Source of the DNA: the human T2T-CHM13v2.0 reference genome, Homo sapiens
Length of the DNA: 64,000 nucleotides
Direction: 5' to 3' (one strand)
Assembly (NCBI RefSeq): GCF_009914755.1
Contig: NC_060934.1
Program-made: the position numbers and the translations under genes
In this document: in pieces, positions 1 through 15,795 of the stretch
Numbering within the stretch: position 1 is the stretch's first letter
Layout: each line of letters begins with the position of its first letter
Notes under the pieces: model-generated
Databases searched by the model: none
Told to the model about the DNA's origin: nothing
The model's input: the letters and a program-made list of their open reading frames with translations, nothing else

Positions 1-469
1 AAACAAGAACTTGACAAGGTGCAGGTCAGGCTAGGGGTGAGAAGTTGGAGTGAGGCAGATACAGTGCGACTGGAAGGGAACGCAGTCCAGAACAGAATCA
101 GGTGTTGAAACTATCAGGAAGCAGTGAATTCCAACTGGCACAAGTGTTGTTGTTGTTTTTTCTCATCTCCGACTTGAAAACTGAAGGGACACACGAGTCC
201 TTTGATGATTCCTTGAGTGATCCAGATGTACTGAGCTGGGGATGTTTTGGAAGAGGGAATTTTCTGAGTAAATAATAAGGGACAATATCTTTGTATCAGA
301 TGTACATAAATGTGATAAACATGCTTTGAAAGTGCTGTAGTCAAATTCTTAAATTATGATAACCGAGAAAAAAGTTAAGAAAAATGGTATATGTATAATA
401 ATACTATGTTCAGACTCCACTGTTTCTGCCATTTTTTTTGTTGTTATTTTATCTGTTTTTTCTTGGTCT

Positions 470-565
470 CCTTCCTTTCTTCTCCTTCCTTTCTTAACCC
501 TTCCTTCCTTCTTTTGTCTTTCTCTCTCTCTCTCTCGCTCACTCTCTTCCTCTTTTTCTTTCTTA
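470..565. repeat. CT-rich low complexity / (CT)n
   Basis: Polypyrimidine run including tctctctctctctctc. Confidence 0.8.
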
Positions 566-2679
566 CTGGCAGTCTGAGTGGTAAGACAGTGCTGTATATA
601 CAGAACTGTATCATAGAAGGGAACCTAGAAATTTTCTAGTTCAGAGTTTTCTAAAATGCATTTTATAATAAATTAGTTGTATGAGATATTTTTAGGGGGA
701 TCTATGCTAACAAACTGAAAGAAACATGGTGTTTTATATTCCTCCTTAGACCTTCACCATATATATTGGCAAATTAAAGATGAAACATTTTGCAATTAAG
801 ATAACTACTTAATTTTGTTTTATCTATTTATTTCCAAACTTACACTCAATGACCCTAACTTGGATAATACCAAAAGAACTTAAGGAGCTAGCTACCCCAA
901 ATCACTGTTGGGGGAACAGACGATTTATTCTATCTTGCTACTCACTGCAGGAATAACATGTCAGCACTAATGACACATATTTGTGAATATGTGTTTTGGG
1001 TACTGTCAGGGGCTCTGAGCAATAATGAAGGAAGAACCATTCAACAGGCACCCTTTTATGGGTCAGATTCGTTCCTTTAGTGGGCTCTTTTAGAGGGTTT
1101 TATTGTTAATTTCCTACCAACACACTTGCTACAATATATTGTATAAGAAATTCATAAGTTCCTGGGCTAAGGCATTTGGCCTAACTGTCTAAGCCGGGAT
1201 GCTGTCTGACAGATTTTTCACAAATTTATCACACTGAGTCATTGTAAGGGAATTAGGACCACAAGAGACCTTCTTTTTGGTCCTGGTTAGGATCTGAACA
1301 TCAGATTTCTGTTTAGGCACCCAGAACTGGTTAATCAAATCATAATGACTGTATTCCATACTGTTATTCATTGGGGAAGCATATTTATCTGAGTATCAGA
1401 TAAGCTACCTTTTAATTTTTTTTAACTGCTATGATGTGCCACTTAAACGAATGCCAAGACTTTGTGCTTACAAACCTTCTACCCACAAAGAATCCTTTAT
1501 CTTACCTTTGCATAATTGACTTATTTCTAATTAAATGTGGTATAGAAAAAAAAAGACCTACAAAATTTCAACTTCTATCATTTGTTCCTTCCTTTAAGTC
1601 TCTGTGCTTCTGTAAACATGTTAGAACCTTGAGCAATGCATTGTCCATGCTGCTAGCTCTTCCTTTCAGATAGGTTTCATGATACATTCCACCAACCACA
1701 ACACACACACACTCACACACAAACACACACCATCCAGATCTTTATTCTATTTCCCGATTAAATGTTCAGAAAGGCAGTGCAAGGCCAACATCTAAGTGTG
1801 CAACTCAAGACTTCTGTCCACCTTGATATTATTCAGCATTTTTGAGGGACAGTTGGTAGTTACACTAACTATAAATCTACCAGACTATATCATACTCCTT
1901 CATCTTGCCCACAAGGATATCATATGCTCTGCTAAAAATCAAGAAACACTCTATCTAATTCTTCCAGTTTACCAATTTAATAACACTACCAAAGGAGGAA
2001 CTTGTACTAGTTTGGCTCGTCTTATTATTCCAATCCATGAGAGAAATTTGTAATAAATCTTCATTGTTTTATGTCATGACACTCCCGGTATTATTTATGC
2101 AATTCTGTTTTCACTGCCAATGTTTCATATCAAGTAAAAATGTTTTCATATCAAATAAGCATATTTGACCACTATCAGGCTATTGGCATCTCTTTATCTT
2201 CTGAAATTTTGCAAATATTACCTCATAATTATTCTGAATGCTATTTGCAGCTTGTCCATTTGTAAAGAATTTGTCATTCAAAATATTTTAAAATTTTCAT
2301 GTTTGAGAATTAATTCAACTCATAATTCAATTTTATAGTTGTTTAAAATCTTCTTTGTAAAAGAATATGCTCAGAATATTACATCAAGAAGGCAAGTTGG
2401 ACACATACACCTATCTTGTGCCTATCTCACACAAATCACTGAATAATAGAAATCATGCAAAAAGTAAAAATAAATTGATAATAGTGTTCACAAACAATTA
2501 GGGGGCAGCAATCATCAGACAGAAAATCCTGAAAATGTGTTGCATATGGAATTAGTTTGCTGGAGAAACAAGAGTAAGCCTTCATTTACATATGGAAAAA
2601 AACTATAGAAAAGGGAAAGTCAGGTTCTGTAATATTTGAATTTTGTGATCAACAGATACAAGACAAGCCCTCTGGACTG

Positions 2680-2930
2680 GTGCTTCTCAAATGTCAGCGA
2701 CACACAAATCACATGGGAAAGGTGTTTAAATACAGTCTGATTAGAAGGTCTGGGGTGGTGGCCAAGTGTCTGCCTTGCATGTTAGACAATGCTAACACTG
2801 CTGGTCCTTAAACATTTCTTTGAATATCAAGGGTCTTGATCAGAGGCTGTGGGGGGCAGAGCCCAGCAATCCGTTTGTTAACAAGTCCTCCAGGGCATTC
2901 AGATACATGCTTAAATGTGGACCCTCTAGT
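2680..2930. mobile_element. MER5-type (hAT-Charlie) DNA transposon fragments
   Basis: tgcttctcaaa...aaatcacatggg...aggtctggggtgg and ttaacaagtcctccagg resemble MER5A/B motifs. Confidence 0.6.
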
Positions 2931-4157
2931 AGTTAAGTGAACAGGTGCATTGAGTTCAGCTGGCCTGTTACCTACATTTACCACATTTCCATTCCCTCCC
3001 CTAATGCAAGCTGCAGGGTCCACAAGTGTTTTCTCTGAGGCTTAAAACCCTGTATAACTCTGGTCTCAGAAGATATTAATCAATGACCCTGAGGAGGGCT
3101 TACAGTGTTGATTCGTTATCTGAGGTAGAACAAAGCAAATTTGGAGATTACCTTTATCCTTTTACCATCTACATGAAGGAGGAACAAAGAAAAGGCAGTT
3201 TTGCTGAGGGAGAAAATCTATCCAGTGATCCACCCATGTTAAAGTGTTTTTTATTTTGGCATTTGCCTGACAGGGTCTGAAGCTTGCCTGCCACTTTCCC
3301 ATTCACGTTTCTTAGAATTAGAATTTATATGGAGCCTATGTCTACTTTCATACAATATATAAAAACACTTAAGTTATCATTTAAGGTAAAAACTATTGAT
3401 TAAAATATGTTTATCCTCTTATCTTGATAATGATGTGATGGCCAGGTTTATATTTAGAATTTTGTGCTGCCTGGAGTTCCACATTTGAATGTGGAGCTGT
3501 AGGGACAGCTCCAACCTGGCCTTTAAGCTTTCCTCCCCTGATCAACCACCCACTCCCTTTCTTTTCTTTTTTTTATCAATCTACAGCATTTGAACTCAAC
3601 ATTTTGCAAGTAAGCATATCTTAGGGATTTGTGACAATCTTTTCAGCAATAGTAGCTCATTAGAGTGGCAATGCTAAATGCTGCCTGTGGGTGGTTAGGG
3701 CAACAGAAGGCATACCTCCCCAAAATGACATATTAAAATCTCCAGGGAGACGTGTGAAATTTGAAAAAGCTTCCAAGATGATTGCCTAGTTACCATTTTG
3801 GGATTTGAAATCTTTATATACGTTATTTCCATGCCCTCCTTGGTTAAGTCTCCAGATGGAGTAATTATTTACAAATGTCAATAATATTTACTTCAAATCT
3901 TACTATATTAACAAAAATCATAGGCAACGTTAAAGCCTCTTGAACAAATTCTTTCTTCCTTATATAAATCTTGTGAGTCTCCATCCTGGACAAGTACTTG
4001 TATATTTTTTTCACATGTGGGGCTGACACTCAGCTGATATACACCACAAAAACTTATTTGTTAAACAACATTATGCTTTATAAATCTAACCATTTAGAAA
4101 TGATACATGTATATCAAGTTTATTATTTTTGAATATTTTATTCCAGACACCCAATCA

Positions 4158-4583
<426 letters not shown>

Positions 4584-4819
4584 TTATTTGCATATTAACT
4601 TGAGGGTCTTTTTATAAAGTAAAACAACAGAAACAACGAAGAGCTTTTTGAAAATTTCCCTTTTGTTGCATTCCTTCTCGAGGTAGCAATTATATTAAAT
4701 TCAACATTTCACAGTGTATGGATTTTTTTCTAATGCCACCACTGGCTGGTTTTGAGATTTTTCTCATTACCCTTGATATTTTTCAATTTCATTTTAAAGT
4801 ACCTAGTTGTGGGCTGAGA

Positions 4820-5138
4820 TTTTTCTTTTTCTTTCTTTTTTGAGACAGGGTCTTGCTCTCTTTCCCAGGCTGGAGTGTAGTGGTGCAAACAACCTGGGCA
4901 ACAGAGCCAGACTTCAACCTCAACCTCCCAGCTCAAGCAACCCTCCTGCCTCAGGAGGCAAGAAGCTGGTACCACTGATGTCTGCCATCACTCCTGGTTA
5001 ATTGTTTGTTTTTTTTTTGTAGAGACAGGGACTTACTCTGTTGCCCAGGCTGCTCTCAAACTCCTGGCCTCAGGTGATCCTCCTGCCTCCACCTCCCAAA
5101 GTGCTGGGATTACAGGTGTGAGCCACTGTTCCCAGGCC
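4820..5138 (-). mobile_element. Alu (AluJ-like), antisense, with internal anomalies
   Basis: TTTTGAGACAGGGTCTTGCTC...GTGCTGGGATTACAGGTGTGAGCCAC...CCCAGGCC. Confidence 0.92.
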
Positions 5139-5170
5139 TGATTTATTTTATTTTAAAATTACATGTTTTG

Positions 5171-5288
5171 AGCCAGGCATGGTGGCTCATGCCTGTAATT
5201 CCAGCACTTTGGGAGGCTGAGGTGTGTGGATCACCTGTGGTCAGGAGTTTGAGACAAGCCTGACCAACATGGTGAAACATCATCTCTA

Positions 5289-5323
<35 letters not shown>

Positions 5324-5500
5324 AGCCAGGTGTGGTGGCGCATGCCTGTAATCCCAGCTACTCAGGAGGCTGAGGCAAGAGAATTGCTTGAACCTAGGAG
5401 GCAGAGGTTACAGTGAGCCAGGATCACGCCACTGCACTCCATCCTGGGCAACACAGTAGACTCTGTCTCAAAATTTAAAAAATAAATAAATACATAAGAT
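5171..5500 (+). mobile_element. Alu (AluS) with expanded central A-tract
   Basis: Typical dimer; about 31 A at 5291-5321; TSD AAAATTACATGTTT at 5155-5168 and 5501-5514. Confidence 0.95.
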
Positions 5501-5744
5501 AAAATTACATGTTTGGGTACTGTTAGTGTGTTTTTTGATTGAAGAACTCATATCCGTTTTTAATCTTACGAATACTCTGCTATTTTTTTCAAATATTGCT
5601 CATCTGCTATTTTTTCCGTTTATTTTTGTGGGATTACTGTGAAGCATATGCTATATCCTCTCCTTCTGTCCTAAGTGTTTTGTATGATATATCCCTTTGT
5701 CCCTCTGACTATGGTTATAGGTGAGTTTCCCAGGACCATTTTTC

Positions 5745-5990
5745 TCTTTTCTTTTATCTTTCCAACATGTATTTTAGGTGCAGGAGGTACAGGTGCAGAT
5801 TTGTTACATGAGTAAATTATGTGTTGTGGGAGTTTGGTGTACAGATTACTTTGTCACCCAAGTAATAAGCATAGTACCCAATAGGTGGTTTTGTGATCCT
5901 CACTCTCCTCTCACTTGCCATCCTCAAGTAGGCCCTGGGGTCTGTGGCTCCCTTCTTTGTGTCCATGTGTATTCAATGTTTCACTCCCGG
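5745..5990 (-). mobile_element. L1 3' end fragment (old L1PA/L1PB-type)
   Basis: GGTACAGGTGCAGATTTGTTACATG...GTAATAAGCATAGTACCCAATAGG is antisense L1 3'UTR. Confidence 0.85.
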
Positions 5991-6552
5991 TACCACCTTT
6001 CGATTTACAAATTTGTTTTTAAATTGTATCCAGTTATGATCATCCCATCTGATGCACTTTTTAATTTATATTACAATTACTTAATACTATATGTATACTT
6101 TTTATTTCTATGATTTGTTTATGATTCTTTTTCATAAGACAAGAAAGTTGCTTTGGTTGTTTTTGTTTTAAATTAATATTGAATTCATCTTATTGAGCAC
6201 TTTAAACATCTTCCAAAATGTTTGTCAATACTAGAGTTTTATTGACTTTTATAAGATACATTTTCTTCCTGTGTTTGAAACATTTGATTCCAGTCTCATT
6301 TGATGAGAGTATATTTTATATTTTTCTCCTTCTGTCTCTCTCCCTGCTTACTTTTCTTGGTGCTCATATATCTTTGTATTGCTGTTGGCAATTGCCTCTC
6401 GTAACCCCTGAGCAGCCACTTTATAACTGGGTTTTATACGGTAGTGATTCTGGGGAGGGCAGATCCCTTCCCAGAACCAGCAGAAGTCTGTCCTCAACTC
6501 ATGAAGTCCCCCTCCATGTCCTCTCTTCTCCCTATACCTTTAGGTTATTTAG

Positions 6553-6700
6553 AGCGGCTCTGTCCAATCAGGCAGCCACTAGCCATTGATGAATATGTAA
6601 GTTGAATATTTAGTCAACGGAATTAAATAAAATGTAAAATGCAGTTTTCTATTCACACTAGCCAATTGTGTCTAATGGCTACCAGGAAGGGCAGCTCTCA
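6553..6700. mobile_element. MER3/MER33-like hAT MITE
   Basis: CTGTCCAAT...GCCACTAGCCA...TGGCTACC terminal motifs. Confidence 0.6.
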
Positions 6701-6741
6701 TGCATCTTGACAGACAGTTCTATCGGATGGTGTGACTCTAG

Positions 6742-7098
<357 letters not shown>

Positions 7099-7752
7099 AC
7101 CAGCGGCTGTTTAAGCTTGGCTTGTTTTCTTTGGGATGGATGAGCCACATACCATGTCCCACTAGTTGCAAGCAGAAAGCCTTACTTTATTTCCCTGTTT
7201 CATTGAATCACTTTCAGCCCTCTGTTTCTTGCAGGTCCTAAATAAAGTCCAAGTTCCCATTGTCTGGGTCCAGGGCTTTTAAATCCATGGTAACAAAATA
7301 ACTCACTGCTTTGTTTTTCTGTTCCTTTTCTGGTCTTCAAATCAGAAGCTGCTGTTATAGTTTTCCTTTATATTTTAACCATTGTAAATAATTATTTGGA
7401 CCCAAGAGATTGCTGAAGAATTGTGCATCTTGGCCAAGAAGTAAATAGTCCATTCACTTTTATTGCAGACTTATATTCCATTATATTTTGAACAACCTAT
7501 ATTTATTTGCACATACTGATTTTATGGCCATTTTGGCTGCTTCCAATTTTTACAATTAATAAGAATGCTGCCATTAACATCTTGCACTTCTGCACAAGTA
7601 TGCAAGTTCCTTTGTTGGACATATAGCAAGAAATGGAGCTGCCAGATCATAGGATATGTGCACACTAATCATTGTTTTATATTATTCTTCAGAATTGTTG
7701 CAGTGTTTAATCACTATTCCTCAGTATTTCTCAAGATTAAGAATTGATTTCT

Positions 7753-8112
<360 letters not shown>

Positions 8113-8409
8113 TTATTCAATTATTAGCTCATATCTTTTTCATTTTTTATTTTTATTTTATTTTATTTTATTTTTATTTTATGACACAAATGGGTCATTT
8201 GTGTTTCTTCCTTGGCTGTTTACCTGTTAATGGCCTTTGCTTATGATTTTTTTACTGGTTTTTACAAGTTATACATTCATAAAAGTAAAAACATTTTGTT
8301 TATATGATTTGCAATGATCTTTTTACTGCCTTGGGCTTTCTTTTGAACTTCGGTGACTTTTGTTTAGAAGTGTTTTGTGTTTTTATTGAGAAGTCAAATA
8401 CATTATTTA

Positions 8410-8835
8410 CTTATGTTGCTATGTTTCACAGGCTGCTCTCTAATTATTGGCCTCAATTGATCCTCTTGCCTCAGTCTCCCAAGTTGGTGGGATTACAGTC
8501 CTGAGCTATTTTGCTCAGCAGATTGATTAATTGATTAATTAATTAGAGACAGGGTCTCACTCTGTCACCCAGGCTAGAATGTGGTCACCTTATCATAGCT
8601 CACTGCAGCCTCAAACTTCTGGGCTCAAGTGATCTTCCTGCCTTAGCCTCCTGAGTAGCTAGGACTACAAGTGTGTGCAACCATGTCTGGCTATTTTATT
8701 TTTTATTTTTATTTTTTTAGAGATGGAGCCCTGCCATGTTGCCCAGGCTGGTCTCAAATTCCTGGCCTCAAGTTTTCCTCTCACCTTTGCCTCCTAAAGT
8801 GCTGGGAGTACATGCATGAGCCACTATACCTGGCC
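8410..8835 (-). mobile_element. Degenerate Alu left monomer (8410-8519) followed by AluJ (about 8545-8835)
   Basis: Antisense Alu motifs GAGACAGGGTCTCACTCTGTCACCCAGGCT...ATAGCTCACTGCAGCCTC. Confidence 0.88.
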
Positions 8836-8976
8836 ATATTTATTCTTAAATAAGAATGTTTCTGATTTGTGTGTTATTCAATGTATTATTCTCTAGCTTA
8901 AATTTATAAAAATATATTCCTCCTATGTTTAAGTTGTGTTTTTCATATTTAAGTATGTAATATATCTGGATTTATC

Positions 8977-8977
8977 T

Positions 8978-9016
<39 letters not shown>
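8977..9016. repeat. (TG)n microsatellite
   Basis: Direct TG run. Confidence 0.95.
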
Positions 9017-9018
<2 letters not shown>

Positions 9019-9874
9019 ATGGTGCATAATTTAATTATTTGGTCCATATTTATGATTGGTGGTCCTATGATCCTTTGTGTATGGGTTTTCCTTTCCCCTC
9101 TGACTTCTTCCAATGCTACTTAAGTATTATACTAATTCCCACATATGACGATTTGATTTCCTCTGTTCTCTACTATTGGTCTGTTTATCATATGATCAAT
9201 TTTACACCATCTTTACTGCCATTCTTTATGTCTTATAGGGAAAATCCTCTTGGATCCCCATTGTGTATGTCTGTAAAGTTTTATTTACTTTCACAGCACT
9301 CTCATACTTTTGTACTCTAACTTGTTTTTGGATCACACACACCTGCAGACACATAGACACACACATGGAAATTGCATTTAATTTGTAAATAAATTTGAAA
9401 TAAATGACATTTTACAATGCTTTTCTTTCTATTCAAGAAAATGATATGCCTCCATATTTCTCCATTTATAGAAATCTTCTTTTAGAGCTCCTTCATGAAA
9501 TTTTATAATTCTCTCCAAAAGAATCCTTTGCACCATTAGTTAGTTTCATTTCACAGTAGTTGTAACTTTGGTTGCCATTTTGAATGGGATTTTTAAAAAA
9601 TATTTTCTTCTAAATATATGTTATTGGAATAGAGGAAAAATAGGGATTTTATATATTATATTCTATAAAGCAAGATTAATAAAGTTCACTATTAAAGAGT
9701 TTTTTAAAAGATTATACTAAGGTTAAAAAATAACAAACCATATCTTTCATTATTCTGCTGGCTAAAAATCACCAATTAACTGTCTAATTGAAGTATTGGG
9801 AGCAGTATCCTTGATTTGTTTCCGACGTGAAAGGGAAAGCTTGAAATATTTTCACATTATGTAATAGTTACATA

Positions 9875-10040
9875 GGGCTGTGAATCTCAAACCTTCGGGT
9901 GCATCAGAAACACGTGGAGGGCTTGGTTAGCAAAAGGTTATGATTCTCCATGGCCAACGCTTCCAAAGGAGTAAATCTGAGCTGGGTGCAGATAATTTGT
10001 ATTCCATAACAAGTTCTCAGGAGACGCTGCTGCTGGGGAT
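9875..10040. mobile_element. MER5A-like MITE
   Basis: TCTCAAACCT...GCATCAGAAACAC...TAACAAGTTCTCAGGAGACGCTGCTGCTGG. Confidence 0.6.
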
Positions 10041-10099
10041 CAGAAAAGAAATGTGGTGAAGTGGGCAGAGAGGCTGGATGCTCGCAATGGGAGTCAGAT

Positions 10100-11100
<1,001 letters not shown>

Positions 11101-11549
11101 TATCAAGTGGATACATGGGACTTGGTATTTTTTATGAAAGATTTATTTAAGGACTAGGGACCACTGTGGACCTCCTTGTGAAAAACATAAATTGTATTTT
11201 GATATCGTCTAATGTTAAACCCAAGTTTCTTCACAATGCTACCTCTCTCCCTCAATTATGGAAACCTATATGACCACACTGAAGTTTGCCATGGATTCAA
11301 TTTGTTTATTATTCTACCTCTTGATTCTTGCTGCCACAAAACAGTAGTCATTTCAACTCTCATCATTTTTTCCTGAAGATGTGGATGGATGCCCTGCTGT
11401 CCCAGAGACAGACCTGAAGGAGCCGCCATGGTTGTCATGGTATGCTGAATGTACACCATAGGGCTCAGTTTCCCTGAGGAATTAAAGTCATTCCATAGTA
11501 ATATGTATCACCTTTAACTTATGATAACAATCCAGTCCAGTTAATTTCA

Positions 11550-11757
11550 TTTACTTTTTCATTGACAGTTAAAATGATATGTATTACTATGTACAATCTG
11601 ATGTTTTGACATATACATGCAATATGCTGTGACTAAATCTACATAATTAACATATGTATTTCTTCATGTAGTTATCATGTTGGTGCTGAGAACACTTTAT
11701 ATCCACTCTCTTAGGATTTATCAAGAATACAATATATTAACTATACTCACCATGTTA
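11550..11757 (-). mobile_element. L1MA-type 3' end fragment
   Basis: GTGCTGAGAACACTT...CAAGAATACAATATATTAACTATACTCACCATG is antisense L1MA 3'UTR. Confidence 0.7.
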
Positions 11758-12552
11758 AAAAAAAATGTGGATGGATGCTCCCTCAACAAACTGAACTTTC
11801 CTTTCCACAGTAAGATGCCTGCTGTGAGCAGCTGCAGAAAGCAGCTCTGTTTCAGCAACAAAGAAAAGCATATTGCAGAACTACCCATACCTCATGCTTC
11901 CGTGTCATTTTCCTTTGCATTTATTTTTATTATTCCTCAAAAAACAGAAACAATGTTTTCTGCTTCTGATGATCAAATATTTATCTTCTATAAACTTGTA
12001 CTTTATGCTTTTCAGTTTAACTACAATTACCTTTGGTTTTCCCTGGGTATAAAATGGATGATACCTTAATTTAAAAATGAAGTTTTCACACAAGATAAGA
12101 AAATTGCAAATTCTAAATAAGGATTGATGTCTGTTGCTAATAGTCTAACAAGAAAAACATAGTGGTATATCAGAGGAAATATTTTTTTAATTAGCAATGT
12201 ATATAGTTCTCATTTAATGACTAACTTTTAACTATGTTTGAATGAATTTTTCCTTGCCCACCTCATCAGTGGCACACCGCCATGACACAGAGAAAAGTCC
12301 ACATCTATTGATTATTAAAAAGAAGGTAGTGAAAAATCTATTAACTATGTTTTATATTATTTCTGTGTATTCTTAAACACAAAAATGAAAAATAAAAATC
12401 ACTCCTTTTACTACAAATGCTTAATCTTTATTTTCTAAATAATAAATAGGCTAGAGATGTTCATTTCCTATTTCCACCCACCATCATCAGCACTATTTAG
12501 TTTTTAAATAGACTAAATTTTTTTTAGTCAATCTCAAGAAAAAAAGAGTTTA

Positions 12553-12927
<375 letters not shown>

Positions 12928-13196
12928 TTATTCTAGAACGGTACATTTTATTTTGTGGTTTCTATGATTTTCAAATACATATTTACATTCTTTGAACATC
13001 AGTTTCTTTAATAAATAGGAACCAAAATGAAAATGTTATAGTGATGAGACATAAGGTAATATATATAAAATGTGTATCAGTGCTATCAGGATTGCAAATA
13101 TTCTGTAAATATTAGTTATTATTTTAAACGAATTTGTGTCAAATCTTTGCCTTGAAGTGATACAGTGTCACTGGAAGGTTAAGATATGAACATACT

Positions 13197-13542
13197 TTGT
13201 TAGTTCAAAGTATCATAGACCAGTGTCTTATAAACAACAGATTTTTTTCTCACAGTTCTGGAGGCTGGAGGTTGAATTTCAGGTCACCATCATGGTTGTA
13301 CCTGTTGAGGGGCCTCCTCCAGGCTGCAGACTACCAACTTCTCCTTGTATCCTCACATGGCAAAAAGACAGGGGGCTAGCTCTCTAGCCTCTTCTTATAA
13401 GTGGATAAATCACATTTATGAGGGCCCTGTCCTGGTGACCTAATTGCCTTCCAAAGGCCACACCTCCAAATACCATCACACTGAAAAATAGAGTTTCAAC
13501 ATATAAACTTTGGAAGAAGACAAACATTCATTCCATAATACA
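13197..13542 (-). mobile_element. MaLR solo LTR (MLT1A-like)
   Basis: TAAACAACAGA...CTCACAGTTCTGGAGGCTGG...AATACCATCACA...ACAAACATTCA. Confidence 0.85.
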
Positions 13543-14829
13543 CACAGAAAATGAACTTGAGATTATTTTGATATAAATGCGATTCTGTAGAAATAATTTT
13601 AAAAACCCGAGTGATTGACAGAATAATTAATTATATAGAAAACAACGACACGAAGACCTAAAGGTATGTAGAGAATATTTTCAGTTTTAATATTCAGGTA
13701 AGTTTTTTAATTGGGTTGGGTTAAGCATATACATATGTATACACACGTATAACATACACATATCTCATCTATATAGACACTTCCCCGTGAACCTAGTTGT
13801 TTTGCCCCCACACCCAATCCCCACCCACTCACATATCTAAATGTATCTCTGAATGCAGATCTGTTAAGGCAGGTGGGAACCTTAGAGTGAATATAGATCA
13901 CTTGTAGCCTTCTCCACAAAGCATTAGCACTGAGACTCAGCGTGCACACATTTCTACATGGCAGGTGGCCCCATCGAGGTCCTGTTAAAAAGGGTGCAGA
14001 TATAGAGGATGTACGGTGCCCTGCTGATAAGAACTAAACAGTGACCCCTGATAAATTAACGTTTCTTTGTCCAAACCAAAATGAGGCCCTGACTCATTTC
14101 AGGAGAGGCACTTATAATTATTGAGGAAAGGTGTTAGGAAGAAATCACAGGCCCTAGAGACTCTCAACAATCTGTATCAATAAAGTCTAATAACATCATA
14201 GGAAGCAAATTAAGGTGGAAACTGATTGCTGCTGATTGCAAAGGTCTTTATACATAATTTAAATGATCCATAAAGAGCAACTGGTGGACTAGTCTCCAAA
14301 ATAAATTATCCTGTAACAGGAAATTCAAATGTTTTGATCACTAGAATACAGATGATAAAATTACATAATATGAAAACATAATTTTAATATACATTTTACT
14401 GAGGAAAGTGGTTTCTATTTAATCAGTGAAAATAAGTTTATTAATATGGAATTGTATAGTCTTTCATTGGAACTAGTTATTTACTAGTTCTTTTATTGGT
14501 TAATGTGAGCTAAACATCAAACCAAATTCTGTACCACTTATTCCCAAAGACACCGAATGATAGAGTGGCAGTAATCAAAATAAAGAAAAAAATACAATAC
14601 CTTAAAGATGTAGGTGCATTGAAATTAAGTAAGCTTTACATCTAGAAACAATTTTGGTCTATCTGAGGCTTGATTCTGAGCCCTGAGCTTGTATTATATA
14701 AATAATTTTTTATAGTGAAAAGTGATCATGACTTTGGAATACTATGTAAGCAATGTTTTGGATATTATCTGTTTCTCTAGTGGGTCCATCCATCCAGGTT
14801 CATTGGTTTGCAGAAAATATATAAAATGA

Positions 14830-15146
<317 letters not shown>

Positions 15147-15571
15147 GGAAAAGCTTTCACATAATCTCCAAGCACAGCAGGTTTTAAGTAATCTGAGTGT
15201 ACAGGAATCTCTCAACCAAGGGGTTCTTGGGCTTCTACTGTAACACTCCCAGTGGCAGAGACCATTGTGTTTCTGTATGGTTCTATTGAAAAGTCTTTTT
15301 TTTTTTTTAATAGTGAGCCAATGTCTCTGTCCTTCCATTTCCACTCACCTGTATGTCAAAGCCTCACAAAACAAGCCCAAACTCAGTGTCCCAAGACAGC
15401 TATCAGCTGTGGGATAATAACCACCACACCCTCTTCCCGAAAAGGAGACTGACTCCAGTTATTCTATTCACTAACATATTCCTCTGAGTAATTCATTTTC
15501 AATGTCTCTGTTAAAGGAAGACATTTAAAAAAATAAAAATAAAGAGGACGAGATCCACATATACTAGTCTG

Positions 15572-15795
15572 CTAGCTCCTATCTGATACACCCACTGGCT
15601 TTACCCTAATTTCTTCAACTCAAATATCTCCCTTTCTCCCTTCAGCCTAGGAGTGAGATGGTTTCATTCTGTTGTCAACTCCTGTTTTACTTTATCATCC
15701 CTTGCTTAGCTTCTGACTCTTTCTTCACCTGTGCAATCAATTGTCTTTATTAAAAGATACTTGAAGAGGTTTCTGTTGTGGTTTCCGTATACCAA
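15572..15795 (+). mobile_element. ERVL LTR 3' part (LTR33-like), copy 1
   Basis: TCCCTTCAGCCTAGG...CTGTTGTC...CACCTGTGCAATCAATT...GAGGTTTCTGTT. Confidence 0.6.

Noticed and set aside
15290-15540. Poly(T) run as the tail of another retrocopy
   Set aside because: No convincing TSD, poly(A) signal or interrupted host element.
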